NCBI GenBank assembly: GCA_023418595.1
Contig: JAEZZI010000030.1
Span: forward strand, 124,911-188,910
Length of the DNA: 64,000 nucleotides
Direction of reading: 5' to 3'
Source of the DNA: Pseudomonadota bacterium
Lineage (GTDB): Bacteria > Pseudomonadota > Alphaproteobacteria > Sphingomonadales > Sphingomonadaceae
The translations under genes and the position numbers were made by a program. Position 1 is the first letter of the stretch; the number at the start of each line of letters is the position of its first letter. Shown piece after piece: positions 20,349-29,697 of the stretch. Below the pieces are notes generated by a model. It saw nothing but the letters and a program-made list of their open reading frames with translations. It searched no databases and had not been told where the DNA came from.

Positions 20349-21728
20349 ATGACCGAAATCCCGCAAGCCTTGCCTTCGTCCCCGCCCTACGCCCCCGAAA
20401 CGCCGATCCTGTCGCTGGGCAACGGCTTTTACGACGCGGTTCAGGCGGCCGATTTCCCGCAAACGACCTTGCGCTTCCGCAACCAGCGCTGGGCGGAACG
20501 GGTCGGCCTTGGCCTCCTGTCCGATGCCGACTGGCTCCGCCATTTCGGCCGGTTCGCGCCCCTGCCGGGCAACCTGCCGCAACCGCTCGCGCTGCGCTAT
20601 CACGGGCACCAGTTCCGGGTGTACAATCCCGACATCGGCGACGGTCGCGGGTTCCTGTTCGCGCAGATGCGCGACACGCGCGGCCGGTTGCTCGATCTCG
20701 GCACCAAAGGGTCGGGGCAGACGCCCTACAGCCGCTCCGGCGACGGGCGATTGACGCTGACGGGCGGCATCCGCGAGGTGCTGGCAACCGAAATGCTCGA
20801 GGCGCTGGGCGTCAACACCTCCAAGAGCTTTTCGCTGATCGAAACCGGTGAGGCGCTGGAGCGGAACGACGAACCCTCCCCCACAAGGTCCGCCGTGCTG
20901 GTGCGCCTCAGCCACAGCCACATCCGCATCGGCATGTTCCAGCGACTGGCCTATTTCCGCGACGTGGAAGGCTTGCGCAAACTGGTCGATTACGCGCTGA
21001 CGCATCTGTTCGACGAGACGCCCGGCGACGATGCGCCCGTCCGGCTGCTGTCGCTGGTGGTCGAACGCACCGCGAACCTCGCCGCCAGCTATATGGCCGC
21101 AGGGTTCGTCCACGGCGTGCTCAACAGCGACAACATCAATGTGACGGGCGAGAGTTTCGATTACGGGCCGTGGCGTTTTGCCGAAACCTGGGATCCGGCC
21201 TTTACCGCCGCCTATTTCGACCATGCGGGGCTGTATGCGTTCGGGCGCCAGCCCGAGGCGATCCACTGGGATGCGATGCAGTTGGCGGTCAGCTTGCGCC
21301 AGTTGGTCGAGGCCGAACCGCTGATCGCCGCGCTCGACACGTTCGGCGACCATTATCAGCCCGCCATCGCCGACGCGCTGCTCTGGCGGCTTGGCGTCAT
21401 TCCGCGAGAAGCCGGGCAGAACCGGGCGCTGGTCCAGTCGATCGAACGCGGCCTCGGAACCAGCGGCGTAACGCTCGACCGCTTTTTTCATGACAGTTTC
21501 GGCGGACATATACCCCATACGCTGACCGGCTTCGACGAAGCCCGGTCGATCCTGACCGACTATCGACCACGCAAGGACCGCGCGCATCCCCATTGGACCG
21601 GCGAGCCGTGTGACCTCCACATCGAAACCGTCGAATCAATCTGGGCGGCGATCGACGCGCACGACGACTGGGCACCGTTCGAGGCGAAGATCGCGCAAAT
21701 CCGCGCGCTGGGCGCGGCGCTGGCATGA
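20349..21728 (+). CDS. selO: protein adenylyltransferase SelO (YdiU/UPF0061)
   Basis: Inner start MTEIPQ... of tracked ORF 19509..21728. SelO-specific strings: LALRYHGHQF, GDGRGFLF, LDLGTKGSGQTPYSRSGDGR, REVLATEMLEALGV, GFVHGVLNSDNINVTGESFDYGPWRF. Confidence 0.92.
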   Translation: MTEIPQALPSSPPYAPETPILSLGNGFYDAVQAADFPQTTLRFRNQRWAERVGLGLLSDADWLRHFGRFAPLPGNLPQPLALRYHGHQFRVYNPDIGDGRGFLFAQMRDTRGRLLDLGTKGSGQTPYSRSGDGRLTLTGGIREVLATEMLEALGVNTSKSFSLIETGEALERNDEPSPTRSAVLVRLSHSHIRIGMFQRLAYFRDVEGLRKLVDYALTHLFDETPGDDAPVRLLSLVVERTANLAASYMAAGFVHGVLNSDNINVTGESFDYGPWRFAETWDPAFTAAYFDHAGLYAFGRQPEAIHWDAMQLAVSLRQLVEAEPLIAALDTFGDHYQPAIADALLWRLGVIPREAGQNRALVQSIERGLGTSGVTLDRFFHDSFGGHIPHTLTGFDEARSILTDYRPRKDRAHPHWTGEPCDLHIETVESIWAAIDAHDDWAPFEAKIAQIRALGAALA

Positions 21729-21774
21729 CGCCAATGCTTTCATCGCCCCTGATTTCGTGCAATTGCGGGGATCT

Positions 21775-23187
21775 ATGAGCGGACAGGAACTGATCTCCAC
21801 CGAACCGGCGACCGGCGCGATCCTCTGGCGCGGCGTCGCGGGCAATCCCGATGCCGAAGTCGCCGCCGCGCGCGCCGGATGGGTCGAATGGGCCGCCAAG
21901 CCGCTGGCCTTCCGCATCGAAACACTGCGCCGTTTCGCCAATGTCGTGCGCGCCAGGACCGATGCGTTCGCCGACATCATCGCCCGCGAAACCGGCAAGC
22001 CGTTATGGGAAGCGCGCACCGAAGTCGAAACGGTGATTGCCAAGGTCGACATCTCGGTCACCGCCTATTCCGAACGCACCGGCCAGCGGCGTCAGGAAGC
22101 CGCGGGCGGTCGCCTGTCGGTGCGGCACAAGCCGCATGGCGTGCTCGCCGTGCTCGGCCCCTATAATTTCCCCGCGCATCTTCCCAACGGCCACATTGTC
22201 CCCGCCCTGCTCGCGGGTAATGCAGTGGTGTTCAAACCGAGTGAGAAAACGCCCGCAAGTGGCGAATTTCTGGTCGATTGTTACCGTCAGGCGGGGGTGC
22301 CGGAAAATTGCGTGCGGCTGCTGCTCGGCGGGGTCGAACAGGGCAAGGGGCTGGCCGCGCATCCCGCTATCGACGGGCTGTTGTTCACCGGGTCGGCGCG
22401 CACCGGCATCGCGCTCAACCGCCAGTTCGCGGCCCAGCCCGAAAAGATCCTCGCGCTGGAGATGGGCGGCAACAACCCGATCCTTGTGTGGGACACGCCC
22501 GATCTCTACGCCGCCGCGGTGCTGGTGGTGCAATCGGCGTTCACGTCGGCAGGCCAACGCTGCACCGCCGCCAGCCGGTTGATCGTGGACCAGAAACTCG
22601 CCGACCCTTTGCTGGCGGAGATCGACAGGATCGTCTCGCGCATCATCATCGGCGAGCCGCATGCCGATCCTCAGCCCTTCATGGGTCCCGTGATCGACAA
22701 CGACACCGCCGATATGCTGACCGAAAGTTTCCTGACGCTTTCGACGCGCGGCGGGCGGCCGATCAGGCATATGCGCCGCCTGACGGATGATCGTCCGTTC
22801 CTGACTCCCGGCCTGATCGACATGACCGACGCCAGCGAGCGCCCGGACATCGAACTGTTCGGTCCGCTCCTCCAGGTCATCCGTACCGACGATTTCGATG
22901 AAGCGATCGCGATCGCCAACGATACGCGCTACGGCCTGTCGGCGAGCCTCATCAGCCAGACGCCGCAGCTCTACGACCGGTTCTGGGCGAATATCCGCGC
23001 GGGCATCGTGAATTGGAACAAGCCGACCAACGGCGCGTCCTCCTCCGCGCCGTTCGGCGGCATCGGCTGGTCGGGCAACCACCGTCCCAGCGCCTATTAC
23101 GCTGCGGACTATTGCGCCTATCCTGTGGTGTCGTCCGAAGCCGAACAGGCGCGCGCGGCGATCGGTATCGGCCTGCGCGACGCGTGA
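21775..23187 (+). CDS. aldehyde dehydrogenase, succinylglutamate-semialdehyde dehydrogenase (AstD)-like
   Basis: Inner start MSGQELIS... of tracked ORF 21610..23187. Motifs: GKPLWEARTEV, LEMGGNNP, catalytic Cys in SAGQRCTAASR. No other ast genes are adjacent, so the substrate assignment is tentative. Confidence 0.8.
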   Translation: MSGQELISTEPATGAILWRGVAGNPDAEVAAARAGWVEWAAKPLAFRIETLRRFANVVRARTDAFADIIARETGKPLWEARTEVETVIAKVDISVTAYSERTGQRRQEAAGGRLSVRHKPHGVLAVLGPYNFPAHLPNGHIVPALLAGNAVVFKPSEKTPASGEFLVDCYRQAGVPENCVRLLLGGVEQGKGLAAHPAIDGLLFTGSARTGIALNRQFAAQPEKILALEMGGNNPILVWDTPDLYAAAVLVVQSAFTSAGQRCTAASRLIVDQKLADPLLAEIDRIVSRIIIGEPHADPQPFMGPVIDNDTADMLTESFLTLSTRGGRPIRHMRRLTDDRPFLTPGLIDMTDASERPDIELFGPLLQVIRTDDFDEAIAIANDTRYGLSASLISQTPQLYDRFWANIRAGIVNWNKPTNGASSSAPFGGIGWSGNHRPSAYYAADYCAYPVVSSEAEQARAAIGIGLRDA

Positions 23188-23217
23188 TCGGCCTTCGCAC
23201 CGAATTTGCGATGAGCG

Positions 23218-23463
23218 GTGGAACGGATTGAGGTCCAAGGCTTTATCGGCGGCGTGAAACAGAATTACAGAAGCCGTGTCGCCATCCGATCCGCCCGCCT
23301 CCAGCAAGAAGCCAGCAACTGCATCGCCATAGCCATCGGAAAATCGGGCAGCTTCACCGCCGACCTGATCGACGAGGCCGTGCGCCTGAATACGCGCGCC
23401 CGCGAATTGATGGCGCCAACCAACGACCGCGATAGACGACGCGAAACCGCCGACACAGCCTGA
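23218..23463 (+). CDS. hypothetical small protein (81 aa)
   Basis: Tracked ORF with a GTG start. Third codon positions are mostly G/C in this frame, more than in the overlapping minus-strand ORF 23265..23507. No motif recognised. Confidence 0.3.
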   Translation: MERIEVQGFIGGVKQNYRSRVAIRSARLQQEASNCIAIAIGKSGSFTADLIDEAVRLNTRARELMAPTNDRDRRRETADTA

Positions 23464-23549
23464 GTTTCGATCTGCCACCCAAGTTTGCCTAGCCCCGTCC
23501 AAAGCAACCATCATTTGAGGTTGGCGGCGGGGAAGCCCATTTCCCGGCA

Positions 23550-24341
23550 ATGGTCAGTCTCCTCGATCCCGACGCGCGCGGTCGCGTCATCCTCGTCGGC
23601 GCGGGTCCGGGCGATCCCGGTTTGTTGACCGTGCGCGCCGTCGAAGCACTCAAATCCGCCGATGTCGTCGTGCATGACGGGCTGGTCGATTCGCGCGTGC
23701 TCGATCTCGCCCCTTCCGAAGCGTTGCGTATTTCGGTCGCGAAGAAGCGTGCACGCCACACCGTGCCGCAGGATGGCATCAACGCGCTGATCGTCGCGCA
23801 CGTCAAACTGGGCCAGCGCGTCATCCGGTTGAAGGGCGGCGATCCGTTCATCTTCGGGCGCGGCGGCGAGGAAGTCGAGGCGGTGCGCGCCGCGGGCCTT
23901 CCGGTCGAAGTCGTTCCCGGCGTGTCGGCAGCACTCGGCTGCGCGGCACAGGCGATGCTCCCCCTCACCCACCGCGACTGGTCGAGCGCGGTCAGCTTCG
24001 TCGCCGGCCAGTGCAAAGGTTTGTCCGAACAGGACTGGTCGGGCCTTGCGGGCAAGGGCCGGACGCTCGTCATCTATATGGGCGTCGCGACCGCATCCGA
24101 GATCGCCGACAAGCTGATCGCCGATGGCGTCGCGCCCGACATGCCGGTCGCGGTGCTGGAAAAAGGCACTTGTGAAGGCGCTCGCGCGCTCCGTACGTTG
24201 CTCGCCGATCTCGGCCCGATGGTCGCGCGTGAGGATATACAGAGCCCGGCGGTCATCGTCGTCGGTGAAGTCGCGATGCTCGCCGATGCCGAGGACAAGC
24301 TGGCCGCCTGGGCAAAGTCTGCGGAGGCGATGGCGTCATGA
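23550..24341 (+). CDS. cobA: uroporphyrinogen-III C-methyltransferase (siroheme branch)
   Basis: 263 aa. N-terminal SAM-MTase motif is VILVGAGPGDPGLLTVRAVEAL..ADVVVHD. The stop overlaps the next ATG. Confidence 0.9.
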   Translation: MVSLLDPDARGRVILVGAGPGDPGLLTVRAVEALKSADVVVHDGLVDSRVLDLAPSEALRISVAKKRARHTVPQDGINALIVAHVKLGQRVIRLKGGDPFIFGRGGEEVEAVRAAGLPVEVVPGVSAALGCAAQAMLPLTHRDWSSAVSFVAGQCKGLSEQDWSGLAGKGRTLVIYMGVATASEIADKLIADGVAPDMPVAVLEKGTCEGARALRTLLADLGPMVAREDIQSPAVIVVGEVAMLADAEDKLAAWAKSAEAMAS

Positions 24342-24634
24342 AAATCCTGACCGGAAACGATCTGGGCGCCGGCGACGTCGTATGGTGGACCGGCCAGGGC
24401 TGGTCGCGCCATGTCGAGGATGCGGTCGATGTCGGCGAAACCGGCGAAAGCATCGCCCGTGCAGAGGAAGGCGCACGCCGCGTCAATGCGCCCTATGTGA
24501 TCGACGCGACCGACACGCCCGAAGGGCCGCGGCCTGCACATATCAAGGACCGCGTGCGTGCGCTCGGGCCGACCGTGCGCCCCGACCTGACGTTGAAACC
24601 TGCCGACCCGAACGCGGGCAACTGGGTGATCTGA
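24338..24634 (+). CDS. DUF2849-family protein
   Basis: 98 aa, MKILTGNDLGAGDVVWWTGQGW.... It overlaps the cobA stop (ATGA), and its own stop overlaps the cysI ATG (TGATG). Confidence 0.75.
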   Translation: MKILTGNDLGAGDVVWWTGQGWSRHVEDAVDVGETGESIARAEEGARRVNAPYVIDATDTPEGPRPAHIKDRVRALGPTVRPDLTLKPADPNAGNWVI

Positions 24635-26265
24635 TGTATAAATACGACCAGTACGACCAGAGCATCGTCGATGCCCGCGTCGCCGAATTTCGCGATCAGG
24701 TGGAACGCCGCCTGTCAGGCGCGCTGTCCGAGGATCAGTTCAAGCCGCTGCGGCTGATGAACGGACTCTACCTCCAGCTTCACGCCTATATGTTGCGCGT
24801 CGCGATACCCTACGGCACGCTCGACAGCCGCCAGATGCGGATGCTGGGCCATGTCGCGCGCAAATACGATCGCGGATACGGGCATTTCACCACCCGCCAG
24901 AATATCCAGTATAACTGGATCAAGCTGGACGACGCGCCTGATATCCTCGCCGATCTGGCGAGCGTCGAGATGCATGCGATCCAGACCAGCGGCAATTGCA
25001 TCCGCAACATCTCGTCCGACCAATATGCGGGCGCTGCTGCCGACGAGATCACCGATCCCCGCCCCTGGGCCGAACTGATCCGCCAGTGGAGCAGTTTCCA
25101 CCCGGAATTCAGCTATCTGCCGCGCAAGTTCAAGATCGCGGTGATCGCCAGCGCCAAGGATCGCGCGGCAATGCGCCTCCACGATATCGGCATCGAGATT
25201 GTCGATCGGGACGGCGAACTTGGCGCGCGCATCTTTGTCGGTGGTGGCATGGGCCGGACGCCAATGATCGCGCCCGAAGTCAACGGCTTCGTGCCGCTTG
25301 CTGACTTGCTCTCTTACCTTGAGGCTTGCCTGCGGGTGTATAATCGCCACGGTCGCCGCGACAATATCTATAAAGCGCGAATCAAGATCCTGGTCGGCGA
25401 TCTGGGGCCGGAGGAATATGCCCGTCAGGTGGCCGAGGAGTTCGCCGCGGTAAAGGCGCTGGGCATTGATCCGCCGCGCGCCGAATTCGACCGCATCGCC
25501 GCCTGTTTCGCCGATCCCGCATTTGAGCCGGATGCGCCGACAGAGATCGACCGCAGCGATCCCGATTTCGCCGTATGGGTCGACCAGAATGTTGTCGCGC
25601 ACAAGGCGCCCGGCTACCAAATCGTCAACATCTCGCTCAAACCGATCGGCGGGATTCCGGGCGATGCGTCTGCCGACCAGATCGACGTGATGGCGGACCT
25701 TGCGGAGCGATACAGCTTCGACGAACTGCGCGTGACGCACGCGCAGAACATCGTCCTGCCGCATGTTCGCACCGCCGATCTCCACGCAGTCTGGCAGGCG
25801 CTGCGCGAGGCGGAACTGGCCGACGCCAATCTCGACCTGATCAGCGACATCATCGCCTGCCCCGGCCTCGATTATTGCAGCCTGGCCAATGCCCGCTCGA
25901 TCCCCGTGGCGCAGAAGATCGCGACGCGCTTCGCCGATCTCGGGCGGCAGCGCGAACTGGGCGAATTGAAGCTCAAGATTTCGGGCTGCATCAACGCCTG
26001 CGGCCACCATCATGCCGGGCATATCGGCATATTGGGCGTCGATCGAAAGGGCGTCGAGAATTACCAGCTTCTGCTCGGCGGATCGGGTGCGGAGGACGTC
26101 AGCCTCGCGAAGATCACCGGCCCCGGTTTCGACGAGGACGGCATCGTCGATGCGGTCGAAAAAGCCACCGACGTCTATCTGCGCGAGCGTGCCGATGGCG
26201 AGCGGTTCGTCGATACCTATCGCCGCGTGGGAATGCAGCCGTTCAAGGAGGCGATTTATGGGTGA
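24634..26265 (+). CDS. cysI: sulfite reductase hemoprotein (siroheme/[4Fe-4S], CysI-like)
   Basis: Inner start MYKYDQYDQSIVDARV of tracked ORF 24124..26265. Cluster/siroheme cysteines are in IIACPGLDYCSLA and KISGCINACGHHH. There are two nitrite/sulfite-reductase repeats. Confidence 0.9.
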   Translation: MYKYDQYDQSIVDARVAEFRDQVERRLSGALSEDQFKPLRLMNGLYLQLHAYMLRVAIPYGTLDSRQMRMLGHVARKYDRGYGHFTTRQNIQYNWIKLDDAPDILADLASVEMHAIQTSGNCIRNISSDQYAGAAADEITDPRPWAELIRQWSSFHPEFSYLPRKFKIAVIASAKDRAAMRLHDIGIEIVDRDGELGARIFVGGGMGRTPMIAPEVNGFVPLADLLSYLEACLRVYNRHGRRDNIYKARIKILVGDLGPEEYARQVAEEFAAVKALGIDPPRAEFDRIAACFADPAFEPDAPTEIDRSDPDFAVWVDQNVVAHKAPGYQIVNISLKPIGGIPGDASADQIDVMADLAERYSFDELRVTHAQNIVLPHVRTADLHAVWQALREAELADANLDLISDIIACPGLDYCSLANARSIPVAQKIATRFADLGRQRELGELKLKISGCINACGHHHAGHIGILGVDRKGVENYQLLLGGSGAEDVSLAKITGPGFDEDGIVDAVEKATDVYLRERADGERFVDTYRRVGMQPFKEAIYG

Positions 26266-26683
26266 TTTCCTCCGCTATCGCGACGACGCCGAACATGAAG
26301 AACCCGCGGTCACTCTCGACGCATTCCTGACCCAGGACGACGCCCGCGCCGTGCGGCTGGAGGCGGGCGAGGATGCACGCGCGCTGCTGCCGCATCTGGC
26401 CAGGCTCGAACTGATCGAGGTCGCCTTTCCCGGCTATCGCGACGGACGCGGTTATACGGCGGCGCGGGTGCTGCGTGAGGCGGGCTATACGGGCGAACTG
26501 CGCGCGCAGGGCGATGTGCTGGTTGACCAGATCCCGTTCATGCGCCGCTGCGGGTTCGACAGCTTCGCTCCGCAAGCCCCGATCGACGAAACCGTGCTCG
26601 CCCGCGCGCTCGATCGCTACGAATGCGCCTATCAACGCGCCGCGGACGGCGTCGTGCCAGTATGGAAGCTGCGGCATGGCTGA
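26258..26683 (+). CDS. DUF934-family protein
   Basis: Inner start MGDFLRYRDD of tracked ORF 26012..26683. Conserved string: FPGYRDGRGYTAARVLREAGYTGELRAQGDVLVDQIPFMRRCGFDSF. It overlaps the cysI stop by 8 nt. Confidence 0.8.
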   Translation: MGDFLRYRDDAEHEEPAVTLDAFLTQDDARAVRLEAGEDARALLPHLARLELIEVAFPGYRDGRGYTAARVLREAGYTGELRAQGDVLVDQIPFMRRCGFDSFAPQAPIDETVLARALDRYECAYQRAADGVVPVWKLRHG

Positions 26684-27455
26684 CGCCGCCGCGCGCCGCA
26701 TCGATGTGATCGACACGCGCCCCCGCTTCACCGCGGCGGACGCGCACCGGCTGAACAACAGGTTCCGCGGGGTCGATACGCAGGAGATGCTGCGCGCGGT
26801 GCTGGGCGAGAATATGATCGGCGATGTCGCGGTCGTATCGTCGTTCGGGGTGGAGTCGGCGGTGCTGCTGCACCTGATCGCGTCGTTCGACCCGAGCGTG
26901 CCGGTGCTGTTTCTGGAGACGGGCAAGCATTTCCCGGAAACGCTCGCCTATCGCGATATGTTGGTGGACCGGCTGGGGCTGACGGGGTTGCGCAACCTCT
27001 ATCCCGACCCGGCATTGCTGGCGAAAAAGGACGAAAGCGGCCTGCGCTGGTCCTATGACCCCGATGGCTGCTGCGACATCCGCAAGGTGCTGCCGTTGGC
27101 GGCAGCGCTTGCCGTGTTCGACTCGACCTTCACCGGACGCAAGGCGTTTCAGGCCGCGACTCGCGCGACCCTGCCGCGGTTCGAACTCGATACGTCCGAC
27201 GCTGCCGGGCGGTTGAAGGTCAATCCGATCGTGACCTGGTCGCGCGAACAACTCGACGCCTATTTCACAGAACATAACCTGCCCCGCCATCCGCTGGAGG
27301 CGATGGGATACCCCTCGGTCGGTTGCGCGCCGTGCACCAGCAAGGTCGCACCGGGTGAAGATCCCCGCTCAGGCCGTTGGCGTGGCTGGGAAAAAACCGA
27401 ATGCGGCATTCACACGCCCGTCGTTGACGGCGATCCCGATCAGCCGAGTTTTTGA
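26676..27455 (+). CDS. cysH: assimilatory adenylyl-/phosphoadenylyl-sulfate reductase (Fe-S type CysH)
   Basis: Inner start MADAAARR of tracked ORF 26475..27455. Contains the CC...CxxC cysteines (DGCCDIRK, SVGCAPCTS) and the C-terminal catalytic ECGIH. It overlaps the DUF934 stop by 8 nt. Confidence 0.9.
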   Translation: MADAAARRIDVIDTRPRFTAADAHRLNNRFRGVDTQEMLRAVLGENMIGDVAVVSSFGVESAVLLHLIASFDPSVPVLFLETGKHFPETLAYRDMLVDRLGLTGLRNLYPDPALLAKKDESGLRWSYDPDGCCDIRKVLPLAAALAVFDSTFTGRKAFQAATRATLPRFELDTSDAAGRLKVNPIVTWSREQLDAYFTEHNLPRHPLEAMGYPSVGCAPCTSKVAPGEDPRSGRWRGWEKTECGIHTPVVDGDPDQPSF

Positions 27456-27460
27456 GCACC

Positions 27461-27583
27461 CCACCTCCCTCCCATTGGGGGAGGTGGCAGCGCATCGCGC
27501 TGACGGAGGGTGCCTTTGAAGCGCAACGCTCTTGGCACCCCCTCCACCATGCTGCGCATGGTCCCCCTCCCCCGGTAGGGAGG
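27461..27583. repeat. block of consecutive short GC hairpins between convergent cysH and dnaB
   Basis: The hairpins are CCACCTCCC..GGGAGGTGG, CAGCGC.GCGCTG, GGAGGGTGCC..GGCACCCCCTCC, ACCATGC.GCATGGT and CCTCCC..GGGAGG. This is the only copy in the window. Confidence 0.7.
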
Positions 27584-27590
27584 AATTTCG

Positions 27591-29102
27591 TCACTCGTAA
27601 CTCGGGCTCTGATAGTCCCCGACATAATCGCTGAACCGCGTGATCTCCGGTTCGAAGCGCAGCGTCACTTTGCCCGTCGCGCCGTGACGCTGTTTGGCGA
27701 CGATCAGTTCGGCAAGACCGTACACCCGCTCCATTTCCATCGCCCATTTGGCGTGATCTTCGAAAATCCTGGCGTCGTCGCCTTCGGTCGCGCGTTTCGG
27801 CTCCTTGGCGGCGACGTAATAGTCCTCGCGATACACGAACAGCACCATGTCGGCGTCCTGCTCGATCGATCCCGATTCGCGAAGGTCGGAGAGCTGAGGC
27901 CGTTTGTCCTCGCGCTGTTCCACCGCGCGGCTCAACTGCGACAGCGCCAGAACGGGGACGTTCATGTCCTTTGCCAACGTCTTGAGACCTCGAGAGATTT
28001 CCGAAATCTCCTGAACGCGTCCATCACCCGACGATTTGGCCGAACCCGACAGCAATTGCAGATAATCGACGACGACGAAGCCCAGCTGGTTGCCCAGCCG
28101 CCGCTGCAACCGCCGCACACGGGTGTGCAGCGCGCTGATCGAAAGCCCTGCCGTGTCGTCGATATAGAGCGGCAAATTCTGGAGGTCCGACGCGGCCTCC
28201 GCCAGTTGGCGAAACTCCTGCTTGCTGATCTTGCCCATGCGCAGCGCTTCGGACGAAATCCGCGACTGTTCGGCCAGGATACGCGTTGCGAGCTGGTCGG
28301 CGGACATTTCCAGGCTGAAGAACGCGACCTTCGCGCCCACCGATTTTTCGGGTGCGATCCCCGCATTCATGTCGTCCATCCAGCGCCGCGCGGCGTTGAA
28401 CGCGATGTTGGTCGCCAGCGACGTCTTGCCCATGCCCGGACGACCGGCAAGGATCAGCAGGTCGGACCGGTGAAGCCCACCAATCTTGGCGTTGACCGAA
28501 TCGAGGCCCGTGGTGATCCCCGACAGATGCCCGCCCGAATTGAGCGCGCGGTCGGCCATCTGGATCGCGAGCGTCGTGGCTTCGCCAAAGGATTTGACCG
28601 CGTTTTCGCTGTCACCATCGGCAGCGACGCGGAACAGTTCCTCTTCGGCGATCTCGATCTGCTTGCGGGGATCGATCGCCTCGCTCGTGTCGGTCGCGCG
28701 TTCGACCAGGGTTCGGCCGACCGTGACCAAAGAGCGGAGCATGGCAAGGTCGTAGATCTGCTGCGCGAACTGCTTGGCACCGATCAGACCCGCACCCGAT
28801 CCGGTCAACTGCGCGAGATAGGCCGGACCGCCCAGCTCTTTCATTCCCGCATCCTCGACGAACATCGGGCGCAGCGTCACAGGGTTGGCGAGCATGTCCT
28901 GCGCGCGCAGGATGCGAATCTTCTCGAAAATTCGACCGTGGACCGGCTCGTAGAAATGATCGGGCTCCAGCCGTTCGAGCATGTCGTCGGCCAGCCGGTT
29001 GTCGATCATCATGGCGCCCAGCAGCGCGGCCTCCGCCTCGATATTCTGGGGCAGTCGGACTTCGCCCTCGGCAGGCTGCGGAAAGTTGATCTGGGTGGCC
29101 AT
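27591..29102 (-). CDS. dnaB: replicative DNA helicase DnaB
   Basis: Inner start MATQINFPQP of tracked ORF 27591..29438. N-terminal PQNIEAEAALLGAMM, Walker A GRPGMGKTS and the RecA-like C-terminal LSQLSRAVEQR are present. There is no intein-sized insertion. Confidence 0.95.
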   Translation of the reverse strand: MATQINFPQPAEGEVRLPQNIEAEAALLGAMMIDNRLADDMLERLEPDHFYEPVHGRIFEKIRILRAQDMLANPVTLRPMFVEDAGMKELGGPAYLAQLTGSGAGLIGAKQFAQQIYDLAMLRSLVTVGRTLVERATDTSEAIDPRKQIEIAEEELFRVAADGDSENAVKSFGEATTLAIQMADRALNSGGHLSGITTGLDSVNAKIGGLHRSDLLILAGRPGMGKTSLATNIAFNAARRWMDDMNAGIAPEKSVGAKVAFFSLEMSADQLATRILAEQSRISSEALRMGKISKQEFRQLAEAASDLQNLPLYIDDTAGLSISALHTRVRRLQRRLGNQLGFVVVDYLQLLSGSAKSSGDGRVQEISEISRGLKTLAKDMNVPVLALSQLSRAVEQREDKRPQLSDLRESGSIEQDADMVLFVYREDYYVAAKEPKRATEGDDARIFEDHAKWAMEMERVYGLAELIVAKQRHGATGKVTLRFEPEITRFSDYVGDYQSPSYE

Positions 29103-29213
29103 CGCGGCCTTGTCCCAGAGCCGACCGATTCCGGCAAGGTGCGATGCTGTGGAAAACGGGAACGGCGCGCCCGGTTGCATTTGGCCACCGAAAGCCGCAT
29201 CGCAGGCGCCGAA

Positions 29214-29693
29214 ATGTCCGATCCCCGCATCATCGACGTCGCGCTCGACGAACGCACGATCCTGTGGCGATCGGCGGACATCGAACAGGAACGGCGCATC
29301 GCCATCTACGACCTGGTAGAGGACAATTATTTCGAGCCCCAGCGGCTTGCCGCCGCCGATCCGGGTCCGTACCGCATCAAATTGCGGGTGGAGGAAGGGC
29401 GGCTCGCGATCGACATCGCCAACGAAGGCGACGTACATCTCGAAACACTGGTGCTGGGGCTTGCCCGGCTAAGGCGTCCGATCCGCGATTATTTCGCGAT
29501 CTGCGACAGCTATTACCAGGCGATCCGGTCGGCCACGCCGCAACAGATCGAGACGATCGACATGGCCCGGCGCGGCATCCACAACCAGGCCGCCGAACTG
29601 CTCAAGGAACGTCTGGAGGGCAAGGTGGAGATCGATTTCGATACCGCGCGGCGGCTGTTCACGCTGATCTGCGTGCTGCATATCAAGGGCTGA
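29214..29693 (+). CDS. UPF0262-family protein (uncharacterised, alphaproteobacterial)
   Basis: Inner start MSDPRIIDVALDE of tracked ORF 27684..29693. Conserved strings: EQERRIAIYDLVEDNYF, IRDYFAICDSYYQAIR, ETIDMARRGIHN, ARRLFTLICVLH. Confidence 0.8.
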   Translation: MSDPRIIDVALDERTILWRSADIEQERRIAIYDLVEDNYFEPQRLAAADPGPYRIKLRVEEGRLAIDIANEGDVHLETLVLGLARLRRPIRDYFAICDSYYQAIRSATPQQIETIDMARRGIHNQAAELLKERLEGKVEIDFDTARRLFTLICVLHIKG

Positions 29694-29697
29694 CGGC

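Noticed and set aside
19431-21620. 729-aa minus-strand ORF apparently spanning hydrolase plus an N-terminal extension
   Set aside because: Only the C-terminal 299 aa (from MLSTRNPP at 20330) looks like a protein. The upstream 430 aa is antisense to selO. The same logic trims 19509..21728(+) to selO proper.
23265-23507. 80-aa minus-strand ORF upstream of cobA
   Set aside because: It overlaps plus-strand ORF 23218..23463, which has the more GC-biased third positions. Neither has motifs. Only the plus-strand ORF is kept, at low confidence.
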